Shown here in pieces: positions 22,177 to 35,166 of a stretch of DNA of 64,000 nucleotides (positions within the stretch are counted from its first letter, which is position 1; each line of letters starts with the position of its first letter). Origin of the DNA: Octopus vulgaris (taxonomy: Eukaryota); assembly GCA_951406725.2 (NCBI GenBank), contig OX597826.1:18476001-18540000 (forward strand). The letters are read 5' to 3'. The translations under genes were made by a program, and so were the position numbers. Below the pieces are notes generated by a model, which saw nothing but the letters and a program-made list of their open reading frames with translations, made no database searches and had not been told where the DNA came from.

Positions 22177-23010
22177 AGATGATGAGCTGGCAGAATCATT
22201 TGTACGCTTAGCGGTATTTCATCTATCTTTACGCTCAAAGTACAAATTCCATTGAAGTTGACTTTGCCTTTCACCCTTTAAAACAAGTACCAGTTTTGAG
22301 GACAGAGGCTGAAGTAATCGACTTACTCCCTACCTCCCCGAAAATTGCTGGCCTTGTGTCATTGTTATTATTATTATTAAATTTCCTCTAGCTCTAAATC
22401 TTTACATTCTAAGATCGAATCCTACTGAATCCAACTTTGCCTTTCACTCATTTGGCATTGATATAAATAAAGAATCAGCCAAGTTCTAAGACCGATGTAA
22501 CTGACCGACCCTGCTCCCCAATTCCTGGCCATGTCCTTATCTTAGAACCAATTTATCATTAAAAGGACAGTAGACTGACAACAAGGAAGTGAAATGGCAG
22601 AATCATTAGAACACTGAACACAAAGCATTACAGTACCTGTTCTTACATTTCATGTTCGGAGATCAAATCTTGACAAGATCAATTTAACCTTTCATCTTTT
22701 GGCCTCAATAACAACATAAAGAACTAATCATGAACTGGGGTCAATATCATTTTGACACCCCTTCTCTCAAAATCACTGGCCTTAAATTGTGCCTGTATTG
22801 GTTTCAAATTCTGGCACAAGGCCAGTAATTTTAAGGGAGGAGATAAGTTGATAAATTGACCCAGTGTTCAACTGGTACTTATTTTAGTCGACCCTGAAAG
22901 GATGAAAGGTAAAGTTAACCATGGTGGCATTTGAACTCAGAATGTAAAGTTGGAAGAAAAGCCGCTAAGCATTTTTTCTGGCATGGTAATGATTCTCACA
23001 GGTACTGCCT
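22177..23010. mobile_element. Cluster of four SINE family B copies (three +, one -)
   Basis: Repeated ACTTTGCCTTTCA.C core at about 22260, 22435 and 22685 on +, and its reverse complement at about 22895-22920. Confidence 0.8.
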
Positions 23011-23389
23011 GAAACCATGCCTATGTCACAATTATTATCATCATTTAACCTAAATCACGGGTTTGGTGAAGATAGCAGGTTTGTATTACAATGTTTTACT
23101 CCATATGTTTAACAATCACTGTTTTGAATTTAATTCATGCCAGATCAACTTTGCAATTCAACCAGTTACATCTTGAAAGTTAGGAAATCATCTCTTAGCA
23201 GAAGAGAATTGGAATCAATTGGTTATAGTAAAAAGAAACTAGTATAGTATCACTTATTAAAGCCTAGTAGTTGAGGTATTAAAATACTGGTCATGAGTTC
23301 AAATCACATTACAACAGAATTCATTCTGCATCCTCTGAGTATCTCAAAGATTAACAACTGAATGGATACCTCACCATAAAACAAATACC

Positions 23390-24995
23390 ATACTGGCAAT
23401 TTTAAAACAACACAGCTATACAAAGACAGCAATTCAGCTATGCTAAAACACCAACCCAACCATACTAAAACAATAACCTAGCCATACTAATATGGCAACC
23501 TAGTTATGCTAAAATAGGAACCCAGTTGTAGTAGAATGTAAACCAGTTTCTATTAAAACAGCAACCAAGTCAATTCAAAATAGCAACCTAAAATATTAAT
23601 GCAGTCATACAAAAACATCAACCCAGCCATACTAAAATAGCAACCTAACTATCAGGTCATCCCATAAGTTCTGTCCAAATTTTGAATAAAGAAGACAAGT
23701 GATCAAATGTTATATATAATTGAAATTTAATCATCAATTTACTTTCCCTGATTATCTATGACTTCCATCTATTTACAAGCTTTTTAATCCCATGAATGTA
23801 AAACTCTTTTGGTTTCAAAGCAAAGAACTCTGAAATGTCAGTTTTGACCTCCTCCTGGTTTGCAAAAGTTATGTCCCCCAAATGATTCTGTAAACTATGA
23901 AACAAATGGTAGTCTGAAGGAGCAAAGTCGGGAGAATAATGTGGATGAGGAATTTTTTCCCAACCAAGCTCTTCAATCTTCTGTGATGTGATCTTTGCAG
24001 TGTGGGGTTGAGCATTGTCCTGATGAAACATCACTCCTTTTCGATTCACTAAAGCGGGTCTTTTTTCTTCAAAGCTTGGTTCAAACGCTCTAATTGCTGA
24101 CAGTAGACTTGAGTATTGATTGTTGCATTATGTGGTAACAATTCAAAGTGAATTACTCCTTTGCAATCCCACCAGATAGAGAGAAGAACCCTTTTCCCCA
24201 TGAAGTTCCCTTCTCAGTTGTGGTTGAGCTTTTTCCCTTTTACCAAGCCACTGTTTACGACGTTTAACATTTCAATAGAAGATTCATTTTTCATCACAAG
24301 TCACAAGTCTATCCAAAAAAGGTGAAATAAGTTCACGAGAATGGAGAGAAGAGCAGATGTCAACTCGGGATTTGCAGTTGCTTTCGGACAATTCATGAGG
24401 CACCCATTTTCCAAGTTTAGGAACCTTTCCAAGTTGTTGAAGATGATGATGAACAGTTGTATGGTTTGATCTAAGCTTTATTGCTAATTCTTCAACTGAT
24501 AATGCAAGATTTTCTTCAAGTAATGCCTCAAAGAGCTTATCATCAAACTCAAATGGACATCCTGTTTGAATCTTCATCTTCAAGGCTGAAATCTCCACTT
24601 CTGACTTTTGCAAGTTCTTTCATTCAAGCATTCTTCCCCATAAACTGAGTGTGTGTTTGAGTCACTTCAGCTGCAGAGTTTCTTCTTTTTTTTGTACAAG
24701 CATTATGTGCCTTAAATGTTCTTTGGATACTTCCATGTTAGAAAGGGTTTTAATCAAAGAAATTTTAATTCTATTATTCTATAAAATAATATTTAATTAG
24801 TTTAAATGTACACAAATGCATAAAAATAATTTTTAATTCCCTTAGACATTCTAAAATACTATTAAATTTCATTCAGTTTTAAAAAAGGTAAAATCGGACA
24901 GAACTTATGGGATGACCTGATATATTAAATAACTATGGTAAAGTAAAATAGTAACCCAGCTATACTAAAATAGCAACCATAGCAACTCAGCTTTA
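23390..24995. repeat. Degenerate minisatellite of about 22 bp (ctaaaatagcaacccagctata-like) interrupted by the mariner
   Basis: Units visible at 23390-23650 and resuming at 24923-24995. Confidence 0.8.
23652..24920 (-). mobile_element. Full-length (1269 bp) mariner transposon with disrupted transposase
   Basis: Perfect 25-bp TIRs TCAGGTCATCCCATAAGTTCTGTCC, TA on both sides. Motifs GKWVPHEL, LVTCDEK, FHQDNAQPH and YSPDFAPSDYHLF lie in separate frames. Confidence 0.97.
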
Positions 24996-26221
24996 ATAAC
25001 AAGAGAAAACAATACAGTGAAGACAATAGAAAAGTTTTCAAATGTCTTCTGAAAGATTCATGGTTTATGCAAGTTGCTGATAATTTTGACAGTTTGCTCT
25101 TATTTTGCTGGTGGTGCATGATAGATTAAAAGAAGAAAGAAAAAAAAACCAAAACAAACAAAACAGCGTATTTGTGAGCTATCATCAAAGGATGTGAATC
25201 AATGCTGAACTCTCAAGCATGAATGAATTCCATAGAAAGCAGATATATGGGGGCGAGGTATTGAATTATTGCAAAGGTAACTAGAGCAATTGTTCAAACA
25301 AACTCACAAAATCATCTGATCGGTATACTCATCAATCATCAACTGATTCAGAATTAAACATCAAAAATGTTATGACAGAGACAACAGTCTGAGAGAATTT
25401 CTGACTCTGACTATTAACACAAATCATGTGTGACAATAGCTATCAGATAAGTAAAAACCATAAACATGCAAACTAACCTGCAAAAAACAATTCGACTAAA
25501 TAGTGAACTGGTTACATTGTGTAGGTTCCCTATCATATATCAACATAAAATATTGCATAATGTCAGTTCTATGTACAACCAATTAATAATATTACATATT
25601 TCTAAGATGAATTAATCCAATCAGTATTTTATCACTGTAGTGATATTAACTTTATCATTTGTGCTTTACATCACATTTCAAGTGAGATACAGTTACTGAC
25701 ATATTGTTACGTTAGAGATGAACTCATGGACAAGGTTCCACTGTTCTTTTCTATTAGTCTACGCAAATGTGTACAGGGACAAATACGGCATCAGAAAATA
25801 AAACAAATACTGAAACATCACCATCATCAAAGTTTTGGCATGTATTTTTCCATACTAGCAACAGCCTGCATCTTCTGCCAGGCTCATCATCCTGAGATCA
25901 GATCTCATTATTTCCTTGGCCTTTATCTTCCACTTTCAAGATGCCTTTTCAGTTTTTTTACTTATTGTCCATTTCCATTCAACGTTCACATCAGTTGACA
26001 CCTATAATGCTAAGCTGCTCTCTCAGCAAACTAAAATTAATAGTGGACGGGAGTGAACACTGCTATTAACTCAACCAATATGTGTCACAGAGAGAATGGC
26101 ATAATGTGTGAGAGTTTATCTTGTGAATAGCACTTAACTATCCTTAAATTCCTGTCATGCTACCAGCTGCTGTGGTTTCATTTAGCATCTCTTTACTCAT
26201 CTTAATCAGGGTTTAATAATG

Positions 26222-26442
26222 TAACCCTTTAGCATTTAGATTCTTCTGTTAAATGCAATGCTTATTTATCCACACTGTTTTGAATTAACCATGCATTACC
26301 TTAGCTTCAAATTTTGATGCTGTGATTGTATATTTTTAGAAAGGCAGTGTAGGGTAGGTGTGACATGCTGGATTTGGCTAGTTTGAACACAAAACGACAG
26401 ACTATTTTGGCCTGGTATAGCCAGTTTAAATGCTGAAGGATA
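26222..26442. mobile_element. piggyBac-like MITE (family also at 42350 and 59548)
   Basis: Ends TAACCCTTTTAGCATTT ... AAATGCTGAAGGATAA. The body is the reverse complement of the 59548 copy. Confidence 0.75.
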
Positions 26443-27829
26443 AAACCACTGAGCCATTCTAATTGCTTGCTTCTTCCTTTTGTCGTTGCTATTGATATTG
26501 TTGCAGTCATCAAGATGACATTAGAAATGGTTAAGATAGAATTTCAGATTAGGTACTTAGTAATATCAAACTTGATGTCTTCTATCTCTCTTGAGGTGCA
26601 TCGACATACATACCAGTAATATACACTGGTTCATACAATTTACAATACTTCTACCTTTTACAAATGCTGCATTCTCAACCACAAGAGAGTATTACAATTA
26701 TTACTATTCTTTTATTGGGAAGGTAAATAGTAAAGAAACAAAGTGCTTTGGCTCACTGTTCTGAGCTCAGTTCATACTAGAATTGATATCAATCTTTCTA
26801 TCATGCTTTTGTAGAGACAGTATGAAAACTTCACCGTGTAAACAGGTAGCTCAAATATTGTCCTTAAGCATGGCACATTAATTATTCTTGTTTTGGGGTT
26901 GCAGAAAAAAGATTCAGCAGTTTTTTTTTTATTACAACTACTGTACAAGTGATCATAGCTCTTAACAGATGTGTCAAATATCTAGCGCTAATTAGTACTA
27001 TGAAATTGACAAGTTTTTGACTTACAGTCTTGAGTTCAAGGTAAAAATCTATCTGCAATAGGCCAGCATCCAATCCAAATGGGGTTATTTCTCATCTCTT
27101 TAATGCTATGGAAACAAGAGTTGAGAACAACTCTGTGGATCCTGGTGTTTTGGAAATTATTAGCATTTTTATTCTTTTCTCTCTAGTGCAGCTGAAAAAG
27201 AAGGAAGAAATTCTCACCATCTTACAACATTTGGAAAAGGTACTGCTTAACTCTCCTGCCATTTATTTGTTCCCAGACAAATTATTCAATAGAATGAAGT
27301 ATGGTTATTATTTATTTCCAGTGACACCAACTATTTTATAAAGTCGCAATTACAATAGTGTTGATAATTGAAGAGAAAAAAATCTACAAATTTTGATTAG
27401 CTGTCAATAGTCATCTTTCATTATGAAAGAATGGAGCAGTTGTGTCAACTGTATAGAAGATATATAATTGTTAGCAGTGACTGAAAAACTAAAGTTGAAA
27501 GATTACATATTTGGAAGCAACAAAGTTGTTGGGCAAGAAATTACTAAGATGATATCGAGAGGATATGAGTAAGAAATCTCAGTGACATTTTAAAACCAAC
27601 AGACTTGTCCATAATATATAACTGGTATGAATATTTTAACACATATGGAATTATGACACAACACACAGCTACAAAAGCTACTGATCCTGTTCAATGCCAA
27701 TACACTCAAAAACATAGGGGACAGTACAAAAGATGGAAAGCAACACAAAAGGGGGTTACATTAAATTGTTTAAAAAGAAAAGCATTAAAAAACAGTTGAT
27801 GATGATGATACAATGTTCCTGATATAGGA

Positions 27830-29100
27830 AAACCTTTAGGGCCAACCAAGAAACCTAACCATCCAAGAACTCCCTAAACTTCACGAGGGCTTTCTCTGTC
27901 ATTCTCCAATTGACAGGTTTACTTTTAGAGTGATTCTCATACACTCTAACCAACTTCACACCCTCTTACCCACCTTCCAATAAACCCCTTCAGAAAGCTG
28001 CTCCCTCTCCACCCCCACCTTTTTTTTCTAGTAAAAGTTGAAAAAAATTGATGAGAACTTTAGCAGAGAATAAAGTCTTTGTCTTCGTACAATTCAACCT
28101 TGTCCAATACACAACTCTTTCAATATAGACACCAGACAGGGGAAAACTACCTGAAGGAGGGCAGTGGGGAAATCCTCACAGTGGGCTCAGCTGACATTTG
28201 AACCTGTCCTACATGTGACAGCAGCATTTCAACAAAACTACAAAAGTCAGCAATGTTCAGAGATCAAAAGAGTATATGCAGAGCAGTTTTGTTTACAAGC
28301 ATCTCACAATGGCCTGTCTGATGGCACTTCAGTGCTTGTGTAGTTTATTGCAACTTGTTACATAGCACTGTTAAACCAAGGACTTCTGGAAATAATCCAA
28401 AATAATCAGTAGTCCGAAAGGTCTGGAACAGACTCCCAGATTTATTCTCATCAACATCCAGTCTCCACAAGAATGTTATCACTCATTCCCACCAATAATC
28501 CTCTACAGATCCCTAGAATGGAACATCCACAGATCCATTTGCCTGACTGGCAGAGAAGTGAGTGCTTGATGACATTTTAACTGCCAGGTACCCAGTTTCT
28601 ATCACTGCTTCACTTAGGACTGTTGCTCTGTCAAGGAGATGAACTACAGAAAGATATGCCTCACAAATACTAGTTCACAGTCGATGAATCTCTGCAGGTA
28701 GTGCTTACCTAACCCACCATACAGAGGACACTAGTAACGGACAGACTGCTTGACCAATGGAATGTCTATTCCATAAGAAACTGAACGACAGATGCTCCAA
28801 TCTGATCAGGCAGCAAACAGTAACAGGTGACCAAAGAATTTTTCACGTCTGATTGACCTTTTAGGAACAACTTCCTCTCAGCCCATTTCTGGATACCACA
28901 CAGACTGGCCACCCTGTTAACCTCATCCCAGTTCCCTCAATTGCCACTTAACTAATTCATTAATCTGGTCTTTGTAGTTATTTTGAATGCTGGTAAGGAC
29001 ACATTCAACAAAGTCCTTGTCTGAGGGCCTTATTTTAATCAACCAAGCCGAACTGTGAATATCCTATGCTATCCTTATCCACTAGCTTAACAAATACTCT
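27830..29100 (-). mobile_element. L1/Tx1-clade LINE remnant (post-RT region, Cys/His-rich C-terminus), heavily decayed
   Basis: Minus-strand fragments NWDEV, QKWAERKLFLKG, DYFQKSLV, VEMLLSHVGQVQMSAE, VVYWTRL, VLINFF and KKVGVEREQLS match the C-terminal ORF2 pattern of Tx1-like LINEs as I recall it. Many stops. Confidence 0.75.
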
Positions 29101-29759
29101 TACTATCCACATGGATGATTCACTGTGGTTAATTCATGTCCACACTGGCACATGTGGGAAATGCAGTTGGCACCTTGGAAACATCTGAGCAAGTTTTTGA
29201 GGTGGATGCATCTCCTTCTCTTATGTGGTAGTCCACACAGTCCCTTTGTGCATCTAAAAATACAGTTCCAATCTCCCACTAGTGTTATTGATTAAGATGT
29301 CCCCAGGAAAGCTTCTAGATGTCTGAAGAAATCAAACCATCAACCTGCTCCACTTGAGGCTTATCGATTATTTCCAGAACAGTTTCACCAACTGCTGGCA
29401 AAATTGCTGCTATTGGTCACTGGATGCTCATTTCTGACAGCATATACAAGGGTTGGTGGCAGGTAATGAGTAAAGGAAAGCTACCTACCCTCTACCCCCC
29501 CCCATACACAGTGAGTACTCATAGAAACAGAACTAAGAGTATATGTCAGAGTAGTTATGAGAGGAGTTATACAAATAAAAAGTTTGTTATATTTAATTTT
29601 AAGGTAACAAACGATTTGTTTTTCTTTTGACAATTAGCATTCATTCCTTCGTTTTGAATAAGTACCAAGGAATTTCATAAAACTTAACATATGTAAGCCA
29701 GAATTCCTGATATTACCCAACGCTGCCGGTCATATGACGAGTAACACTCTAATAATAAC

Positions 29760-30150
29760 GCTTTCTTATTTTGGCATGAGGCCAGCAATTCTGATGGCGG
29801 GGAAGATTGGTCGACGCCATCGATCCCGGTACTCGACTGGAACTCTATTTTAACAACCCTCAAAGAAAGAAAACAAAGTTGATCTCCGTGGAATCAGAAT
29901 GTAAAGAGCTGGAACAAAATACTGCAAAGTAATCCGCCGCCGCCACCTGCTCTGATCATTCTGTAGCTGTAGTGTTTCTAATTTAAGGCTAACAATTTTG
30001 CAGGGGTCAATACCATCGACCCCCAATACTAGACAGATACTTTATTTTATCGCCTCCGAAAGAATGAAAATTAAGCTGACCTCTCGGGATTTGAACTGGA
30101 ATAAAAACCACGAGGCATTTTGTCCGACGAGTTAACAATTCTGCCAATCC
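29760..30150 (-). mobile_element. Two tandem SINE family B copies
   Basis: Each carries ccatcga.ccc..tact.gac...tttatt(t)...gaaa..aa..aa..tgacct, the reverse complement of the family B core. Confidence 0.75.
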
Positions 30151-30199
30151 ATTTACCAAGGTTAAGTTTTGTAAAAGAGCAAAATTGATTAGTAGAAGA

Positions 30200-31560
30200 A
30201 CATGTGAATGGAGACAGAGGTTAATATGTGACTCGATACGAATGTAAAGCTGTACAACGTGGAAAAAGATCGAACATAAAACGAGCTGTCCCCCCTATTA
30301 CAGCCAAACAGAAAACACATTATATTAACATGTGACTAAATATGTATTGAAAACAAAGATGCGAAATTATTCTATCGTTTTGAACACTCAACGTCTATAA
30401 ACAAAAAAAGCTTCTGAAACCAGATAAAATAATAAACTATGATAGAACATAATATAAACATGGTGAACATGCCCGAAAAAGAACGGAGCTAACCAGAAAT
30501 TGTGGAGTTTAGGCTCCGCTAAAAACCGAGATTTATAATTAGATTAATTAATACACGTGTACGTAATTGGTTAGACACTACCTTTCAATAATCTGTGCAA
30601 AGAATTAGAGACACAACAACAACAAGAATAGTAAGCAAAGAGAATGACAATATTATGTCAAAAAGGTAATGAAGGCATTTAGTAAGATGTGGGTTAAATT
30701 GAGATTGACGGCGACGGCGAATTGAGTCGGTGGCTGCTGGAATGGAAATTGATGGAAACACGGGGAAGTAATAGCTGCACTGGCACAATAATAAGAGTTG
30801 CTTCCCCTTGCATTGTCGCTTGCCTCGCCTTTTCTTCTTTCACGTTCTTAATATGGTTTAATTAGATTTTCATATCCCTCCTCCTACACGCTCCTCCTTT
30901 TCACCATCAACGACATACTTACACACACACACAAATGTACAAATTTCAGGCACACACACACACACACACACACTCCACAAACACACAATTCTTCCCCACC
31001 CTCTCTCATTCATATCACTTTACGTAACAACACACAACCTTTCCTCCACCACCACCACCATTGTATCCTAAATCTGTCGACCTGCACACACACACACACC
31101 TATCTTTACCTGGCTGCCTTTCCGCAATGACCCAACTTGAAGAGACAACACACACACACACACGAGCAGACGACTAGACATGTCTGCTTCGTGTGTTGTC
31201 TACAGCCACTGATATTAATAGAAGTCCGCTTATATCAAGCATAGCTGGTGAAGGTGATCAAGTGGGAGTTTTGGTTATTTCTTTCATAACTCAGTCAGTA
31301 GCTGTACCATTAACGATCGTTGACCTCTCGAAATCTATCAGCAGGCAGCAGGGGTTTGTAATGTTACAAATGACAGAGCTCTCGAGAGACGACGACGCGG
31401 GAAGAGGGAAAAGGCAAAGAAAAACAGAGAAAACGTCTATTGACGAAGAGAGAGAGAGAGAGAGAGAGAGGAAAGGAAAGGATGTGAATGGGCAACGATG
31501 TGGAGTGTGAAGAGAGGAAAGCGAATCTACGATGTGGGTAAGGTGAAGCGAAAAGAATCA
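30200..31560. promoter_or_regulatory. CpG-enriched promoter-like region, probably driving the minus-strand zinc-finger gene and possibly bidirectional
   Basis: Local CpG excess in otherwise CpG-poor non-TE DNA (gacggcgacggcga 30707, gacgacgacgcggg 31388) and GA repeats. Splice donors point away on both strands. Confidence 0.55.
31110..31200 (-). other. Candidate first (5' UTR) exon of the zinc-finger gene
   Basis: Minus-strand donor CAG|GTAAAG (exon ends at 31110) inside the CpG-enriched region. It implies an intron of about 18.9 kb to the 12225 acceptor. The TSS is not determined. Confidence 0.45.
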
Positions 31561-31645
31561 AAACTGGGTCACAAAATTTATAATATAAACAATGATTGTT
31601 TCTGGACGAAATTGTCCTTCATACTCTCTTTTTACTCTCTCTCTC

Positions 31646-31936
31646 TTACTTGTTTCAGTCATTTGACTGCGGCCATGCTGGGGCACTGCCTTTAGTCGAG
31701 CAAATCGACCCCAGCCTAGTACTTATTTCATCGGTGTCTTTTCCCGAACCGTTAAGTTACGAGGACGTAAACACACCACCATCGGTTGTCAAGCGATGGT
31801 GGTGGTGGAGCAAACACAGACACACAAACATATACACACACATACATACATACATACGACGGGCTTCTTTCAGTTTCCGTCTACCAAATCCACTCACAAG
31901 GCTGAACCTGGAACCATGTGGTTGGTAAACAAGCTA
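31646..31936 (-). mobile_element. SINE family A with internal deletion
   Basis: High similarity to the other family A copies. Confidence 0.9.
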
Positions 31937-33066
31937 GTTTACTGACAGTTACTTATAAGAAGTCCCTCGGTGCAGAAAAGTTAATGATAAACCCCAAAAC
32001 TTGAACACGGTGAAGTGAGGTAAGAATGAGTTAACACCTGAAACTAATCACAATATGAGTGCTGAGAGTGACTCAGGTGGAAACACACACACTCACACAC
32101 ACACACACACACGAGTGGGTGAGGAAACGAAGGAAGGAGGCACTCAACACATTTGGTAAGAATACATATATTAATATTTAATAACAGTATGATTAGGTTC
32201 TATGCACTCCCCCCATATACATAAGAGCACTGCACACACACACACACACACACGCACAAGTGAGCTGAAACGTTGAAATCACTGTCAAATAAATATAAAT
32301 AAATATGGTACCCCATTGGAAAGTATAGAGTAATCTCCAATATAATATATCGAAGTTTCTATATATAACTTTACATAAGAAAAAAAAAACAAAAACGTGT
32401 GAGTGTGAAAATATACATGAAATGAAAATGTGCTCTGAGGAATAAACTAAGAGTGGCCAGTGGCATGTAGTTTTCGAACAAGATGAAAAGGGGTATATTA
32501 AGTAATAAACCAGATAAATTCTATATTTATTGAAAGTAGCTCAGCTTCCAGACAGGGTAGAACAATTGCTTTCTTGCAATTGGTACAAACCCAAATGAGA
32601 AAGAAAGGCAATCTCAAGGAGAAAAACTCTCTAAAACTGACATGCCATGAAGCAGATCACAGGCTGTTAGTCTGAAGAGAAGAGTACACCTGCTAAAATG
32701 TTTCTGCTTTAATGGGCATCATCAACACAGTACATGTCTTACATTATCCCCAGCAGATAGAAGACTTAGACATATACAAAGAGTAAAGAATAATTTAAAT
32801 AAACTGCATCTATCTCTCTATCTATCCATCCACACACATACATATAAATACATATAAATATATAGATACACACAAACATACACATATGTATATATGATAG
32901 ATAGATAGATAGATAGATGGATAGGTACATATATAAACACATGTATGATTTATGATTTATTTTAGTTTCAGCTCATGAGCTGTGGCCATGCTGGGGCACC
33001 GTATATGTATAATAGACATACATATGTAAATACACACACACACCAAAATTCATATTTTGCTTGCAG

Positions 33067-33219
33067 GGACTACATCAATTGTACAAATGTTTGTGGACCC
33101 TCTGCCACTTATATGCACTGGAGGGTGCACTGGACAAATGGAACAATCTTTGAAATTGATGCAACATCCACCACCACCACTTTCCAGATTGAATCTGCTA
33201 ACAGAGGAAACAACGCAGG
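33067..33219 (+). other. Candidate exon of a divergent plus-strand transcript (coding status unknown)
   Basis: Acceptor tattttgcttgcAG, donor AGG|GTTCGT, two open frames. Upstream donors GAG|GTAAGA (32020) and TTG|GTAAGA (32156). Confidence 0.35.
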
Positions 33220-33341
33220 GTTCGTTATAATCTATTTTGATGCTAAGAGGTTTAAGAAAAAAAAGAACATGTAGTAAGAATATATGTAAAAAATAAATAA
33301 TACAACTGTAGAACCATCACAAGTATGTATATATATATATA

Positions 33342-33705
33342 CAGGAGTGGCTGTGTGGTAAGTAGCTTGCTAACCAACCACACGGTTGCGGGTTCAGTCC
33401 CACTGCGTGGCATCTTGGGCAAGTGTCTTCTGCTATAGCCCCGGGCCAACCAATGCCTTGTGAGTGGATTTGGTAGGCGGAAACTGAAAGAAGCCTGTCG
33501 TATATATGTATATATATATATATGTATGCGTGTGTTTGTGTGTCTGTGTTTGTCCCCCTAGCATTGCTTGACAACCGATGCTGGTGTGTTTAGGTCCCCG
33601 TCACTTAGCGGTTCGGCAAAAAGAGACCGATAGAATAAGTACTAAAAGGTGGTGCTCCAGCATGGCCGCAGTCAAAATGACTGAAACAAGTAAAAGAGTA
33701 AAAGA
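33342..33705 (+). mobile_element. SINE family A, well-preserved full-length copy
   Basis: A-box-like TGGCTGTGTGG, B-box-like GGTTCAGTCCC, CORE-like TCTTGGGCAAGTGTCTT, internal TA/TG tract and (TAAAAGAG)n tail. Confidence 0.93.
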
Positions 33706-33877
33706 GAAAAGAGTATATATATACAATACGGTTTGCGTAGAAAATGTAAACACATGCAAAACCATCAAAGCAACACTTGAGTGGTTCTTGAATTGATGTT
33801 AAAAACTGTGCAATTGTTTTCATGCTAAACTGTTTTGGTTTGAGAACTTTATTAAATGAAGGCCCAATGTCTTTTGT

Positions 33878-34076
33878 CTTTTACTTATTTCAGTCATAAG
33901 ACTGCAGCCATGTTGGGGCACCACCTCAAGAGTTTTTAGTGTAATCGATCAACCACAGAACTTATTTCTTGTCAAACCAGGTACTTATTTCATCAGTTCT
34001 TCTGCTGAACTGCTATGTTACAGGGACATAAACATACCCACACTGGTTGGCAAAGGGTGGTGGAAGACAGATACAA

Positions 34077-34164
<88 letters not shown>

Positions 34165-34559
34165 ATATAATATAATATATGTGACCGCGTGTGTATCGTT
34201 GGTGATTTTCTTTCTCCATCTTCCCTTCTTTGGACTCTTTCTTTTTTTTCTATATTTCTGAGCTCCACTTGAAATGTGAAATTCTCCTTCTTTCTTGAGT
34301 GTCAAGTAACACTATACTTATTCCACGTCCTCACATTGTTGTGTTTTCTCTTTGTTCATGTTTGGATTAACTATATATATATATATATATATATACATAC
34401 ATATACGAGGGGTTTCTTTTAGATTTTGTCTACCAAATCCACTCACAAGGATTTGACCTGAAGCTATAGCAGAAGATACTTGGCCAAGGTGTCACACAGT
34501 GAGAGTAAGCCTGGAACCATGCGGTTAGGGAGAAAGCTTCTTGCCACACAGCCACACCT
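33878..34559 (-). mobile_element. SINE family A split by an expanded (TA)n tract and a nested insert of about 190 bp (34180-34372)
   Basis: The 3' half is at 33878-34080 and the 5' half at 34403-34559. The insert resembles a solo Penelope-type pseudo-LTR. Confidence 0.75.
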
Positions 34560-34997
34560 TATACATACACACACATCGACACATAGGTATGATTGTGTGG
34601 TTAAAAAAATCTGCTTTGCAAATGTGATTCTGGACTTGTTCAAAGTGTAACTGAAATATGATACATGAAAACTATGCAGAAGCCCATCAGATACACACAC
34701 GTGTTTGTGCATGCAAATATCTGTTCATCTGTTCTTCTAATGCCTTTATAGATTGCACTGTGGCCGTGTCGTTAACTGTTTCAGTTTAATTCCATCCACT
34801 TCAGCTTTTATTTCAGTTTGGTTTTTATTTTATTGATCGATGATTATCAAATTGAGGAGCTACACTTTTTAACACAAAATTGTCATTTAGACCAGTAAAG
34901 AAACATGATGGACCTCTACCTATAAGATGAAGAATATACTGGAGCAGGGCCATCTCCCATTATGTTATAACCAGAGTTTGTGACAAGGCAAAATGGT

Positions 34998-35166
34998 TAG
35001 TGGCATTTCAGCCATCTTTATGTTCTGAGTTCAAATTTGGCCAAAGTTGACTTTGCCTGTCATCCTTTCAGGGTTGGTAGAGTAAGAACCAGTTGAATAT
35101 TGGGGTCAATTTAATCGACTTTGCCCCACCCCTGAAACTGCTGGCCTTGTGCTAATATTTGAAACT
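34998..35166 (+). mobile_element. SINE family B
   Basis: GTTCTGAGTTCAAATT..GACTTTGCCTGTCATCCTTTCAGGGT..TGGCCTTGTGC. Confidence 0.85.

Noticed and set aside
23756-24613. Functional or domesticated transposase (also 14792-15193 and 53572-54338)
   Set aside because: All three mariner ORFs are broken by stops and frameshifts.
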